IMG/VR virus record: IMGVR_UViG_3300025313_000944
Location: 1-64,000 of that record
DNA: 64,000 nucleotides
Direction: 5' to 3' (one strand)
From: a virus
A program made the translations under genes and the position numbers. The notes beneath the pieces were generated by a model that saw only the letters and a list, made by a program, of their open reading frames with translations, searched no databases and was not told where the DNA came from. Below are positions 9,885-18,569 of the stretch, piece by piece (within the stretch, counting starts at the first letter, position 1; each line of letters starts with the position of its first letter).

Positions 9885-9952
9885 CACGTGAGATAGGAAT
9901 TGAACCTACTTGGTCAAAATTTGGAGTTTCAACCCCGTCCAACGGCTCACGC
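9885..9952 (-). tRNA. atypical tRNA-Trp(CCA)
   Basis: GCGTGAG/CTCACGT acceptor, CCGT-TGG-ACGG D arm, GTTGAAA-CTCCAAA-TTTTGAC anticodon arm, GTAGG-TTCAATT-CCTAT T arm, G discriminator, no encoded CCA. Confidence 0.75.
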
Positions 9953-9954
9953 AG

Positions 9955-10027
9955 TAGGGATAGGAAGGTACGATCTTCCGCCATCTCACTCCCAAAGCGA
10001 GCGTGCTGCCAGTTACACCATATCCCT
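9955..10027 (-). tRNA. tRNA-Pro(TGG)
   Basis: AGGGATA/TATCCCT acceptor, GTG-TAACTGGCAG-CAC D arm, CTCGC-TTTGGGA-GTGAG anticodon arm, GGAAG-ATCGTAC-CTTCC T arm, A discriminator. Confidence 0.85.
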
Positions 10028-10189
10028 ATTTATTTGGAATAATATGAACAGCTTTGATTTCTACTTTGGTTATTGGTGGCTTGGATTCTATTACTTTAAG
10101 TTCAGCCACCACGCCAGGTGAAATACTTTTAAAGGTTATGGTGTCAGGTTCATATTTTACATTCGTGAAAATTTTGGAAAATATTGACA

Positions 10190-10804
10190 TTACTTATATG
10201 GATTCGCTTTTTCTATTTCTATGGCATCTTTGCTCGTAAAGTTGGATTTAGCTCCACACTTTTTGCAGGTCAATCTTATTTCGTTGTCTTCTTCAGGATA
10301 CAAGAAATTAACCGTGCTGAGGATGATCCCGCAACCGGGACAGGCTAGGTAAGCTAACCGCTCTTTATAAAATTTGGCGGCTCTCCTCTTGATGTCCTCA
10401 AATAGTACCCTTGGATTGTCTTCCGCTTTATCCTTACGGCGTACACGGGTTATATTTAGTGCATTCTGAATTTCGATGATGTCCCGCTGCATACTGCTCA
10501 AACGTTGTTCTTCCCGCAAAGCATCGCCAGAAGTGATCTGGTCACTATCTTTTAATTCTTTGAGAAGTTTTTCTTCCTCGTCAAGCCGCTCACTCAAGCT
10601 GGCCCAACGTTTGAGCAAAGCATGGTCGTTGGATTTCATATCTGATAGATCGAAATCCTCTCCCAATTTATCTAACCGCGCCTGAACCTTGGCTTCAAAT
10701 GTAGATGATTCTAAATAATCCAAGAGTTCAGCGTCACTCTTATCCCTGAATTGTGGCAAGTTTTTGAGGCTAGCCACACTCTTTCCACGTTTGGTCATAT
10801 CCAC
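10190..10804 (-). CDS. probable terminase small subunit
   Basis: 204 aa helical protein with C-terminal CPGC/CKKC, first large gene upstream of terL. Confidence 0.55.
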   Translation of the reverse strand: MDMTKRGKSVASLKNLPQFRDKSDAELLDYLESSTFEAKVQARLDKLGEDFDLSDMKSNDHALLKRWASLSERLDEEEKLLKELKDSDQITSGDALREEQRLSSMQRDIIEIQNALNITRVRRKDKAEDNPRVLFEDIKRRAAKFYKERLAYLACPGCGIILSTVNFLYPEEDNEIRLTCKKCGAKSNFTSKDAIEIEKANPYK

Positions 10805-10830
10805 CTATAGGTTTCTATAGAAAACATGTT

Positions 10831-10856
10831 GTCCTATATACAAGAAATAAAGTTTG
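10831..10856 (-). promoter_or_regulatory. candidate phage-specific promoter, copy 1
   Basis: CAAACTTTATTTCTTG-N4-TAGGAC, repeated at 16189-16214. Confidence 0.55.
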
Positions 10857-10862
10857 ATGGTT

Positions 10863-11141
10863 TTATGTATTGTTGGATTGCTTTTTTTCAATAATTCGTT
10901 CCAAAACTATAGGGTCAACTGGTATTTCTTCTACATAATATTTTGATTTCCTGCGTTTATCCATTTTCTGTTGCTCATTGCATAAAAATTTCAGCCACTC
11001 AGGCCAAGTTTTGTAAGGTTGTTTATAAGTGCCATGTTCAATTGCACACTCTCTACATACGTAAAACCTAGCCAACCTAGACCTTTTGCATCCTGGGATT
11101 ATACATCTAAGCATTTCCTTTACCTGTCCTTTATTGTTCAT
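10863..11141 (-). CDS. hypothetical Cys/His protein
   Basis: 92 aa, CIIPGC..CREC, GAGGA RBS. Confidence 0.55.
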   Translation of the reverse strand: MNNKGQVKEMLRCIIPGCKRSRLARFYVCRECAIEHGTYKQPYKTWPEWLKFLCNEQQKMDKRRKSKYYVEEIPVDPIVLERIIEKKQSNNT

Positions 11142-11154
11142 ATTATGTCCTCTT

Positions 11155-11454
11155 TTAAGTGCTTGATTGTACGAATTGTGCTACACTGGGGATTGCAAAT
11201 AAATGCTCCTGAGTTAAGTCGAGCGCCCACTTTATACTCTTGATAGCTACTTCTGTATTTACTCTTTCACTTTCCATAAACCAAGCCAGTTGATAATCTT
11301 TGACTAACAAAGCTTGATCCCGCTGAAGAGTACATTGTGCAGATATAAATTGTAGAGTTTTCAGAGCTTCGTCAATCTCTGCTCTCTTGCGCGGTTTGTA
11401 TTCCGACGTAATAATGGTTTTTGGGCTTTGCGCCAGCTTTAATAGTGAGTCCAT
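11155..11454 (-). CDS. hypothetical protein
   Basis: 99 aa ORF in operon; start uncertain. Confidence 0.45.
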   Translation of the reverse strand: MDSLLKLAQSPKTIITSEYKPRKRAEIDEALKTLQFISAQCTLQRDQALLVKDYQLAWFMESERVNTEVAIKSIKWALDLTQEHLFAIPSVAQFVQSST

Positions 11455-11623
11455 CTATGTGTATATCTCCTGTGTAATCTTCTGGAACCAAGACCATGTT
11501 TGGTTTTAGCCCCGTCAAGGTAGTGTAATTGTATACAACCTCTTCGATGAATTTATTGTAATCGGTCTTTGGTCCCTTGGTAAAACCCAGCATATCCCCC
11601 GGCCTTAATGTCTTAGAGCGCAT
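11372..11623 (-). CDS. hypothetical protein
   Basis: 83 aa, GAGGA RBS, overlaps upstream stop. Confidence 0.55.
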   Translation of the reverse strand: MRSKTLRPGDMLGFTKGPKTDYNKFIEEVVYNYTTLTGLKPNMVLVPEDYTGDIHIDGLTIKAGAKPKNHYYVGIQTAQESRD

Positions 11624-12437
11624 CGGTTATATCCTCTGTAGTATCCATTCTTAGCCGACTTAAAGACCAACCTCGCATACAATGATTGTAGTAGCCACAC
11701 CATTTTTCTGAGCAATACCAATTGCCAGGATCGGTTTTTGGATAAATATCTTTAGATAGCAATTCTTGGGCCACATCTATACGCTGGATATATTCTCCTA
11801 TTTGATGTTCAGTTCTTGCTGTTCCTATTACTTGTATCTCGGCTTTACCCGTCTTTGGAGCCACATCATATAGAAAGAAGCTTGGCTCTTTATCAAATAA
11901 ACGTATGAATGATAAGTAATACGCGGTTGGCTGTAATTCGGAATGTGCTCTGCTTTCTGCCCAGCGTTTGTTGGAAGTTTTATGATCTACTAAATAATCA
12001 TCACCATGACTATCCATGGCTACCAAATCTATAACCCCAATAAATGGTTTATCTATTTCTGGTAAAGTTATTTCAAATTTGTATTCAGCCAGTTTAGGTT
12101 CTCGGTTGGGGGAAACCTCTTTCATGTAATTACCAATTAATGCCACACCACGATCCCCCAAATGTCCTTGGTTATCTTTTTCCTCAAATTCCCACTCGAT
12201 TTCTGCTGCATCCCGCTTCCACTCATCCACGAATATATCTTTTACTTGCTCCAATGACATATCTCTGCCAGATTGGATACGATGATCAGCATTGGCTTTC
12301 ATGGTTCTGTGGTAAGATAACCCAAATTGTAACGCTGCACCTGGTGGTATTTTCCAACCTAGAATATAACGATACCAAAATTGTCGGGGGCAACGGCTCA
12401 GCATGGCTATCTTGGAATTACTCCAATTATCTATCAT
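11613..12437 (-). CDS. PD-(D/E)XK RecB/Cas4-like exonuclease
   Basis: S.SK....CPRQFW, G...H, E, GVIDL, VDHKT, Q...Y, C-terminal C....C.Y...C. Confidence 0.85.
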   Translation of the reverse strand: MIDNWSNSKIAMLSRCPRQFWYRYILGWKIPPGAALQFGLSYHRTMKANADHRIQSGRDMSLEQVKDIFVDEWKRDAAEIEWEFEEKDNQGHLGDRGVALIGNYMKEVSPNREPKLAEYKFEITLPEIDKPFIGVIDLVAMDSHGDDYLVDHKTSNKRWAESRAHSELQPTAYYLSFIRLFDKEPSFFLYDVAPKTGKAEIQVIGTARTEHQIGEYIQRIDVAQELLSKDIYPKTDPGNWYCSEKWCGYYNHCMRGWSLSRLRMDTTEDITDAL

Positions 12438-12696
12438 GATTAAATATCTCCGCCAATCCTTTAGTATAATCATCATTTGCTGTGTGTATCCAGATAAAGT
12501 CTCGCCAAATACCCTCCGCATAAGGTTGAATTTGTTGTTCTATATACAGACCGGTTGGGTGCAAACCAGCATCTTCTGTGAAGCAATTAATTGCTTTATG
12601 TTTAGCTTCTTCTGAAGTTTCTGCCAAAATATAATATACCGCTTCTTGTCTATGGGTTCCCCCGCTGTGCAACCGTACTTTGTAGAGAATTTTCAT
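12427..12696 (-). CDS. hypothetical protein
   Basis: 89 aa, ATGA overlap with MTase stop. Confidence 0.55.
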   Translation of the reverse strand: MKILYKVRLHSGGTHRQEAVYYILAETSEEAKHKAINCFTEDAGLHPTGLYIEQQIQPYAEGIWRDFIWIHTANDDYTKGLAEIFNHDR

Positions 12697-13514
12697 TTTA
12701 TAAATTCTACCCTAGATTCGTTGAACATGTCCAATTGCTTGCCGTCAGGATATTCCCCCAAATAAGCTCGTATGTATTCTTCCATATCCAGATTTCTTTC
12801 AATGCAAATAGAGTTGCGATCAAGGTTGCGAGTAACCCTAGTAACAGTGCAACTGCCAGCAAAAGGATCGAGTACCCAATCATTTTCTCCCGTGTACATC
12901 CTGATAAACCGATACGGTAATTCCTCTGGAAACTTGGCAAGTTTGAAGCCTTTGACATTTTCATTGCTCCTCACAGAACTAAAACTCCAAATAGAATCAG
13001 TCCAAGCAATTCTTTCCTCATCAGTCATGTCCACATTTTTGATGGGTGCTTGGCCTTCACCTTGCTTGCGCCACACGAAGATATATTCCCAATTAGGAGC
13101 TACCCGCATCTGACCTGTTTTATTATTCTTGTGGGCAAGATGTTGTGTACCTTCTGTGAAAACATCTTTCTTATCCCAAATTATTCTGGCCCACAAATCG
13201 AAACCAGCAGCCTGCATGATTGCATCGAATTTGTGGGCATATAATACCTCACAAGGTCGGCCCAACAACCGGGCGTTGGCGTATCTATCTGGAAAATTTA
13301 TAGCTACTTTGCCAAAAGGTTCCACCAACCTGTCCATTTTGAGGAATACAGCTAACATTAAATTCCAATAATCATCTTCGTCTTTGAGATAAGATTCATA
13401 TTCCCTGCCGACGAAGTAAGGTGGGGAAGTTACACAAAGAGCTATACTTTCTGGTTCTAATTCATCCAAAACGATTCGGCTGTCACCAAAAACAATTTTA
13501 TGCCGGCTTGGCAT
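12693..13514 (-). CDS. N4-cytosine/N6-adenine DNA methyltransferase, beta class
   Basis: VTSPPY before VLDPFAGS; AKFPEELP. Confidence 0.9.
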   Translation of the reverse strand: MPSRHKIVFGDSRIVLDELEPESIALCVTSPPYFVGREYESYLKDEDDYWNLMLAVFLKMDRLVEPFGKVAINFPDRYANARLLGRPCEVLYAHKFDAIMQAAGFDLWARIIWDKKDVFTEGTQHLAHKNNKTGQMRVAPNWEYIFVWRKQGEGQAPIKNVDMTDEERIAWTDSIWSFSSVRSNENVKGFKLAKFPEELPYRFIRMYTGENDWVLDPFAGSCTVTRVTRNLDRNSICIERNLDMEEYIRAYLGEYPDGKQLDMFNESRVEFIK

Positions 13515-13701
13515 CTCGATTTAATTCTCCCACCAGCTTGGAAGTAGGTACACCTACCACCGTATTACCTAACATCTGAGCAATGGCTGTATCGTTATCC
13601 TCGAAATCTGTGATGACCAATATGGTCAAGCTTAGCAATGTATCCCCAATGTCAACACTGCTGTCCACAGCAATTTCCACGTCGCCAATCTTTACCTTCA
13701 T
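13498..13701 (-). CDS. hypothetical protein
   Basis: 67 aa coupled ORF. Confidence 0.5.
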   Translation of the reverse strand: MKVKIGDVEIAVDSSVDIGDTLLSLTILVITDFEDNDTAIAQMLGNTVVGVPTSKLVGELNRDAKPA

Positions 13702-13928
13702 CGACTAATTCCCACCTTATATTTTAATAATTTTTCCACTACTTTTTGATTAAAATTAAATCCGCTGGCACTGGCCATAGTTACATCTCTGATCAGTTCT
13801 TTCCATTCTGCCCGCTCCAAGCCAACATAGATGATATCATGGCTGAGCGTGCACTTATCACAAGCAACCTCGTTATCATAAGATTTTCCACAATGCTTAC
13901 AGATAAATTCTTCCTTAACTTGGCGCAT
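13698..13928 (-). CDS. small C2H2-like zinc-finger protein
   Basis: FICKHCGKSY......C...H. Confidence 0.55.
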   Translation of the reverse strand: MRQVKEEFICKHCGKSYDNEVACDKCTLSHDIIYVGLERAEWKELIRDVTMASASGFNFNQKVVEKLLKYKVGISR

Positions 13929-14196
13929 CGAGTAATTTCTTGGTGGTCGTAGCTTCTCTGATGGCTGCTTGAACCACTTTATCCACGGTGTTGTACAGGT
14001 CTTCGAAGGTTTCAGAAGTAAAAGTCAGACTCTTTTCGGCTTTTAGTTCGTACCTACCACCCTCACCGTCGGTAACCAAAACCTTAGTATAAACATCGAA
14101 GGTTTGTTCGTCGTCTTCTTTGGATTCTAATTCCGTAACCGCCAAAACATAACGGTCATTCCAACCAAACCCGAATTCGCTATTCAATCTCAACAT
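13915..14196 (-). CDS. hypothetical acidic protein
   Basis: 93 aa, GAGGAG RBS. Confidence 0.55.
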   Translation of the reverse strand: MLRLNSEFGFGWNDRYVLAVTELESKEDDEQTFDVYTKVLVTDGEGGRYELKAEKSLTFTSETFEDLYNTVDKVVQAAIREATTTKKLLDAPS

Positions 14197-14366
14197 TTTC
14201 TGTCTCCTCTAAAATATTTGCATCTGGAAAACATATATAATATAGTTCTAAGATATTAAGTAATGTGTCGATAGCCCCTTGGTAATAAGGATTAGCCCCA
14301 TCTGCATCATGATATGTTCTGTACAGAGTTAGAAGTTGCCTCAACCCCTTCCTAAAGTCATTCATT

Positions 14367-14735
14367 TCAATGCCCCAAAAATTGTTTGCTTTGGTCACCA
14401 GGCCACCAGATTAGTTTACAATCTATCTGTCCGATAAGGTCGGAAGCCCTTTGGTAAAAAGGTTTCAAGCTCTCAGAGCTAACCTGCCACAAGCCATTTA
14501 ATTGATTGATCACTAATCTGGAATCACCTAGAATCAAGACTTCTTCGCCTGAATAATTTGATTGTAAAGATTCCAATGCGCGAATAAGAGCAAGGTATTC
14601 GGCTTCGTTGCTTGTTTTGACCTGCTCACTGATTCTATTCCCACGACCGATTAATTTATCGCCTTTAAAAATCAGGAACGAAAAATAAGTTCCTTGTTTA
14701 TTTTTACCACCATCAAATACGAGAATATAGCCCAT
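14367..14735 (-). CDS. ribonuclease H type I
   Basis: VFDGG, TSNEAEYLALIRAL, GDSRLVINQLNG.W. Confidence 0.85.
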   Translation of the reverse strand: MGYILVFDGGKNKQGTYFSFLIFKGDKLIGRGNRISEQVKTSNEAEYLALIRALESLQSNYSGEEVLILGDSRLVINQLNGLWQVSSESLKPFYQRASDLIGQIDCKLIWWPGDQSKQFLGH

Positions 14736-14736
14736 A

Positions 14737-15213
14737 TTATAAATGACGCCAAGTTCTATTATGTTTAATGTGCTGAACAGTTGTCTCACCAACTGAATAT
14801 TTAAGTGCTAATTTAATGCTGGACAAATTACTTTGTCTAATTTCCAAAACTTCTTTTTCAGTCAATCTTGATCGACCATTCCGTTGACCAAATGATGACC
14901 TGCCCTTATTAACCATGTCAGATAAGTTATCCTTATAAGTCCCTGTAAATAAATGGTTTGGATTGACACATTTTCGGTTGTCACATCTATGACATATACA
15001 TAATCCTTCAGGTATTTCCCCGAAATGCAACATCCAACTAAAGCGGTGCGCTAGAACTTGTTTTGAGTTGGCCCAAAATTGGCCATAACCTCCATACAAT
15101 AAAGCTCCCTTCCATTCCCAACAATCACTGTTCTTATCAACTTTATTCCAAAATCTGTTTATTACATCTTGATTGATTTCTGTTTCATTAAACTTAGTAT
15201 TTTTATAGCCCAT
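14737..15213 (-). CDS. free-standing HNH homing endonuclease
   Basis: RFWNKV..CWEW..GYG..AHRFSW..CHRCDNRKCVNPNHL plus C-terminal HTH. Confidence 0.88.
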   Translation of the reverse strand: MGYKNTKFNETEINQDVINRFWNKVDKNSDCWEWKGALLYGGYGQFWANSKQVLAHRFSWMLHFGEIPEGLCICHRCDNRKCVNPNHLFTGTYKDNLSDMVNKGRSSFGQRNGRSRLTEKEVLEIRQSNLSSIKLALKYSVGETTVQHIKHNRTWRHL

Positions 15214-15327
15214 TTAATGCCCGCCAAGATACGTGATTATCACCGCCAATGCTAGAATTAGAATTATTATGGCCCCAATAGTGTAACACCCCTTTGGATC
15301 ACTCGGTGGTGTATTTACGCTGAACAA

Positions 15328-15663
15328 CTAACTGGTTCTCACTCCTATATAATTTAATGCATCTGGAACTACTTCTACTAAATCCTTGCCGGGCACAACT
15401 ACCACATCACAATCCATAAATCTAATTATAGAGTGTGGCCTTTGGTAGACTTTTTGGGACATGTGCAACAGCAATTCTAGATAATTTTTATAACCCAAAA
15501 CGATATATTTAGGGGCTAAGTTGTGTTCATTCTGCAAGATACCCATCTGTTTAACGATACGATCTACAGTTCTCAAATAATTTAATTCTTGTTTCTCGCC
15601 GTTAACTTTTTTATTTAGTCGTTTCAATATGCTTATTGCCACTAACCACCAACCGTTTATCAT
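15328..15663 (-). CDS. hypothetical protein
   Basis: ORF following sortase; real start probably ~15627. Confidence 0.5.
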   Translation of the reverse strand: MINGWWLVAISILKRLNKKVNGEKQELNYLRTVDRIVKQMGILQNEHNLAPKYIVLGYKNYLELLLHMSQKVYQRPHSIIRFMDCDVVVVPGKDLVEVVPDALNYIGVRTS

Positions 15664-16003
15664 TCCCCAAGCAAGTAACTAACACCAAATCTGATCCCGA
15701 CAAAATTTTAGTAAACTTTGAATGTTCATGTTCCCCCAAGATATAGACTTCAGTCACCTCGTATTCTCTATTGGCAAACGTTATTATGTCACCAACCTCG
15801 ACTAAATGCAGATCGGAAAATATTCCAGGATTATGCCCGATGATATATTTCACCTGACCGTATTGGCACCAACAAGCTGACTTTTCCGGCACAACACAAA
15901 AGTTACCAGTTAAATAATCTATAGTCATAAATTCCCGTTGGCAGGGAGACACCGGTGTTATTATACTTCCGATGATCAACACCACTAAAATTATCATGTT
16001 CAT
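15611..16003 (-). CDS. minimal sortase-family transpeptidase
   Basis: hydrophobic N-terminus; IIGH...IFSDL..VEVGDII....YEV...LVLVTC.....RLVV, i.e. His-Cys-Arg triad in sortase order. Confidence 0.8.
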   Translation of the reverse strand: MNMIILVVLIIGSIITPVSPCQREFMTIDYLTGNFCVVPEKSACWCQYGQVKYIIGHNPGIFSDLHLVEVGDIITFANREYEVTEVYILGEHEHSKFTKILSGSDLVLVTCLGNDKRLVVSGNKHIETTK

Positions 16004-16005
16004 AT

Positions 16006-16034
16006 ATTATATCACATTCCAAGCTACTTGTCAA
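16006..16034 (-). promoter_or_regulatory. perfect-consensus sigma70 promoter for the sortase operon
   Basis: TTGACA-17 nt-TATAAT with extended -10 TG. Confidence 0.85.
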
Positions 16035-16188
16035 GTCCCAATTTCGAGTTAACATAATGTCTTGGGATTTAGATATAGCTTGCCTTAAGTCCTACAGTTA
16101 TATTCTATTTTTATTATCGAGCTTTTTAATCTAGTCGTGTTTGATTTCGCTACGCTCATCAAACACCTGTTTGTTGTTTGTTTTGTTC

Positions 16189-16214
16189 GTCCTACAAACA
16201 AGAAATAAAGTTTG
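16189..16214 (-). promoter_or_regulatory. candidate phage-specific promoter, copy 2
   Basis: 23/26 identical to 10831-10856. Confidence 0.55.
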
Positions 16215-16378
16215 GGCGTTTGGTGCATCAAAAGAATTAAAATTCATTAAAAATGCCAAACTGCTTGACATAATAAGTATTCTCATATTTTTATTCTTAT
16301 ATAAAGAAGAAATAAGAATTCATCTATAGAAAGCTGTTCAAGTTCTATAAGAACTTTATTTCTTGATAGTACAGAGAT

Positions 16379-16891
16379 GTGAAGAAAAATTCAAATCTCG
16401 GAGGTGTCGAGTTGATAATGCCAACGACTGTTCTTACAACTGTTGATTTTGCTGATACCCCGTTGGCAGAGTTTGGTGATTTGATAAATAGATATGCGGA
16501 AGAGAATTTGTTAGACCCATATATTGTTGCCGCAGTTATAATGGTTGAGAGCAGTGGTAAACCAGAAGCTTACAACTCAATGAGTAAAGCCACCGGCCTT
16601 GGTGGTATCATGCCGAGAGAAGCTGGTGCTGTGTTTGAGGATAGACCAACCATCGAAGAATTGAAAGACCCTGAAATTAACATAGCTTGGCTGTGTAAAA
16701 TCTTAGGGTATTACAGAAATAAATATCACGATATAGAAGCGGCTTTATACCAATATAGTGGTGGTTCAGTTTGGCCAGACAGAAAACAATTCAAGGAAAA
16801 ATATTTCAATCGAATAATGGGGTATTATGCTAAATATAGAACTGCACACGTCGATAGAGAGCCTGTTGCCGAAGTCTCCACAAATCCTTAG
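16379..16891 (+). CDS. SLT-domain lytic transglycosylase
   Basis: AAVIMVESSG, ATGLGGIMP, LKDPEINI, ALYQYSGG; start probably 16412 or 16418. Confidence 0.85.
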   Translation: MKKNSNLGGVELIMPTTVLTTVDFADTPLAEFGDLINRYAEENLLDPYIVAAVIMVESSGKPEAYNSMSKATGLGGIMPREAGAVFEDRPTIEELKDPEINIAWLCKILGYYRNKYHDIEAALYQYSGGSVWPDRKQFKEKYFNRIMGYYAKYRTAHVDREPVAEVSTNP

Positions 16892-18569
16892 TTACCCGGC
16901 TTTGGCCATAGACGTTGAGACTAATGGGCTTGATCCTTATCTTAACAATTTGGTATCAGTACAGATTGCCAACTCAGAGAATAACGATGTGCATATTTTA
17001 GATGTGCGCAAAGATAACTTTCAACAATTCTTCAATTGGTTGGCAGTCTATAAAGGAAAAGTCTATTTTCAAAATGCCAAATTCGATCTCAAGTTTCTCA
17101 AGACTGTGTTTAATGTTTTATATTTTGATCTATATGATACCATGATTGCGGAACGGCTTCTAACTTGTGGCTTGCAAGAACATGGTTCAGGTTTGGATGT
17201 TCTGGCTAAGAAGTATCTTAATATAGATATGGATAAAGGCATTAGAAATGAATTCACGCTGCCACTATTTGCCAACTTGGACTTTAGTGATGCACAACAG
17301 CATTATGCTGCCTTGGATGCTTGGGTATTGCCACGCATTGCAGAAATACAACAAAAGCAGGCCAAGCAGGATGGGTTGGAAAGAATATTCGATTTGGAGT
17401 TTAAAGTAATTCCGGTTGTTACCAAAGCTGAATTGCGGGGATTTAAATTAGATACCAAATTATGGAATGAAATCTATCAGGATGAGGTTCAAAAAGCCAA
17501 TAACCTGAAAACTAAGATGTTCGCCGTAGCTGGCAAGATATTTAATCCCAACAGTCCTGATCAAATAAAAGATGTGATGCATTCGCTTGGTTTGACTGTG
17601 CCGGTAGTTGGAGGCAAAGAAACAACCAAAGAAGAATTTATCTACAAGATAGATCACGACTTCATAAGGTTGTTGATAGATTATAGATCGGCCTTTAGGC
17701 GAGCTTCAACTTATGGTGAAGAATTTCTGAATAATATACACCCACTAACTGGTGCCATTCATGCTGATTTTGACCAAACCGGCACGGATACAGGCCGTAT
17801 GAGTAGTAAAAATCCAAATGCCCAAAATATACCTAAGCGCGGTGAGGGAGACGAAAGATTTAGGCGAGCTTTTATAGCTAGAGATGGTTGGAAAATAATT
17901 AGTTGTGATTACAATCAACAGGAGGTGCGTGTCCAAGCTGAATTATCTCGTGACCCGTTATTGATAGATATTTACGAAAAAGATTTGGACAGACATACAG
18001 TTACGGCCTCAAACAAGCTAGGCATACCTTACGATCAGGTAACTCTTGATCAACGAAGATTCTACAAGAATATGACTTTTGCACTATCGTACGGTTCAGC
18101 AGCTTGGAATATTGCCAATAAATTCAATATGTCTATTGAAGAAGCTGAGGAACAAATCAAAGATTATTGGAGTCTTTATAAGGTTCTTCAACAATGGTCG
18201 CGCAGGGAAGGTTTATTAGCCTTCGCTAAGGGTTATTCGGAGACTATGTGGGGCAGACGGCGGTACTACGATACCAAAGCTATGCGTAAAGATGAGGTCA
18301 TGCGACAAGGTGCCAACCATGCTGTCCAAGGGACCTCCGCTGATATGTTGAAACTTGCTATTTACCAATGTGATAAGCAATTTGTAGATAGACATTATAA
18401 TTCTACTCTGATAAATTTCGTGCACGATGAATTGGAAGCAGAAACTTTGAGTAATGAGGCTGAAGAGATAGCTTGGGTTTGTAAAGAGGAAATGGAGAAA
18501 GCAGGCCAAGAATTTGTGAAAATTATTCCCATTCCGGCGGAGGTAAAGATAGGGGGTCATTGGTTATGA
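16827..18569 (+). CDS. family A DNA polymerase with 3'-5' exonuclease
   Basis: DVET, NAKFD, YAALD; TGRMSS..PN.QNIP, DYNQQE.R, R..K...F...YG, N..VQG..AD, VHDE. Confidence 0.95.
   Translation: MLNIELHTSIESLLPKSPQILSYPALAIDVETNGLDPYLNNLVSVQIANSENNDVHILDVRKDNFQQFFNWLAVYKGKVYFQNAKFDLKFLKTVFNVLYFDLYDTMIAERLLTCGLQEHGSGLDVLAKKYLNIDMDKGIRNEFTLPLFANLDFSDAQQHYAALDAWVLPRIAEIQQKQAKQDGLERIFDLEFKVIPVVTKAELRGFKLDTKLWNEIYQDEVQKANNLKTKMFAVAGKIFNPNSPDQIKDVMHSLGLTVPVVGGKETTKEEFIYKIDHDFIRLLIDYRSAFRRASTYGEEFLNNIHPLTGAIHADFDQTGTDTGRMSSKNPNAQNIPKRGEGDERFRRAFIARDGWKIISCDYNQQEVRVQAELSRDPLLIDIYEKDLDRHTVTASNKLGIPYDQVTLDQRRFYKNMTFALSYGSAAWNIANKFNMSIEEAEEQIKDYWSLYKVLQQWSRREGLLAFAKGYSETMWGRRRYYDTKAMRKDEVMRQGANHAVQGTSADMLKLAIYQCDKQFVDRHYNSTLINFVHDELEAETLSNEAEEIAWVCKEEMEKAGQEFVKIIPIPAEVKIGGHWL

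Noticed and set aside
11613-12437. Cas4 as part of a CRISPR-Cas system
   Set aside because: No other cas genes or array; stand-alone PD-(D/E)XK exonucleases are common in phages
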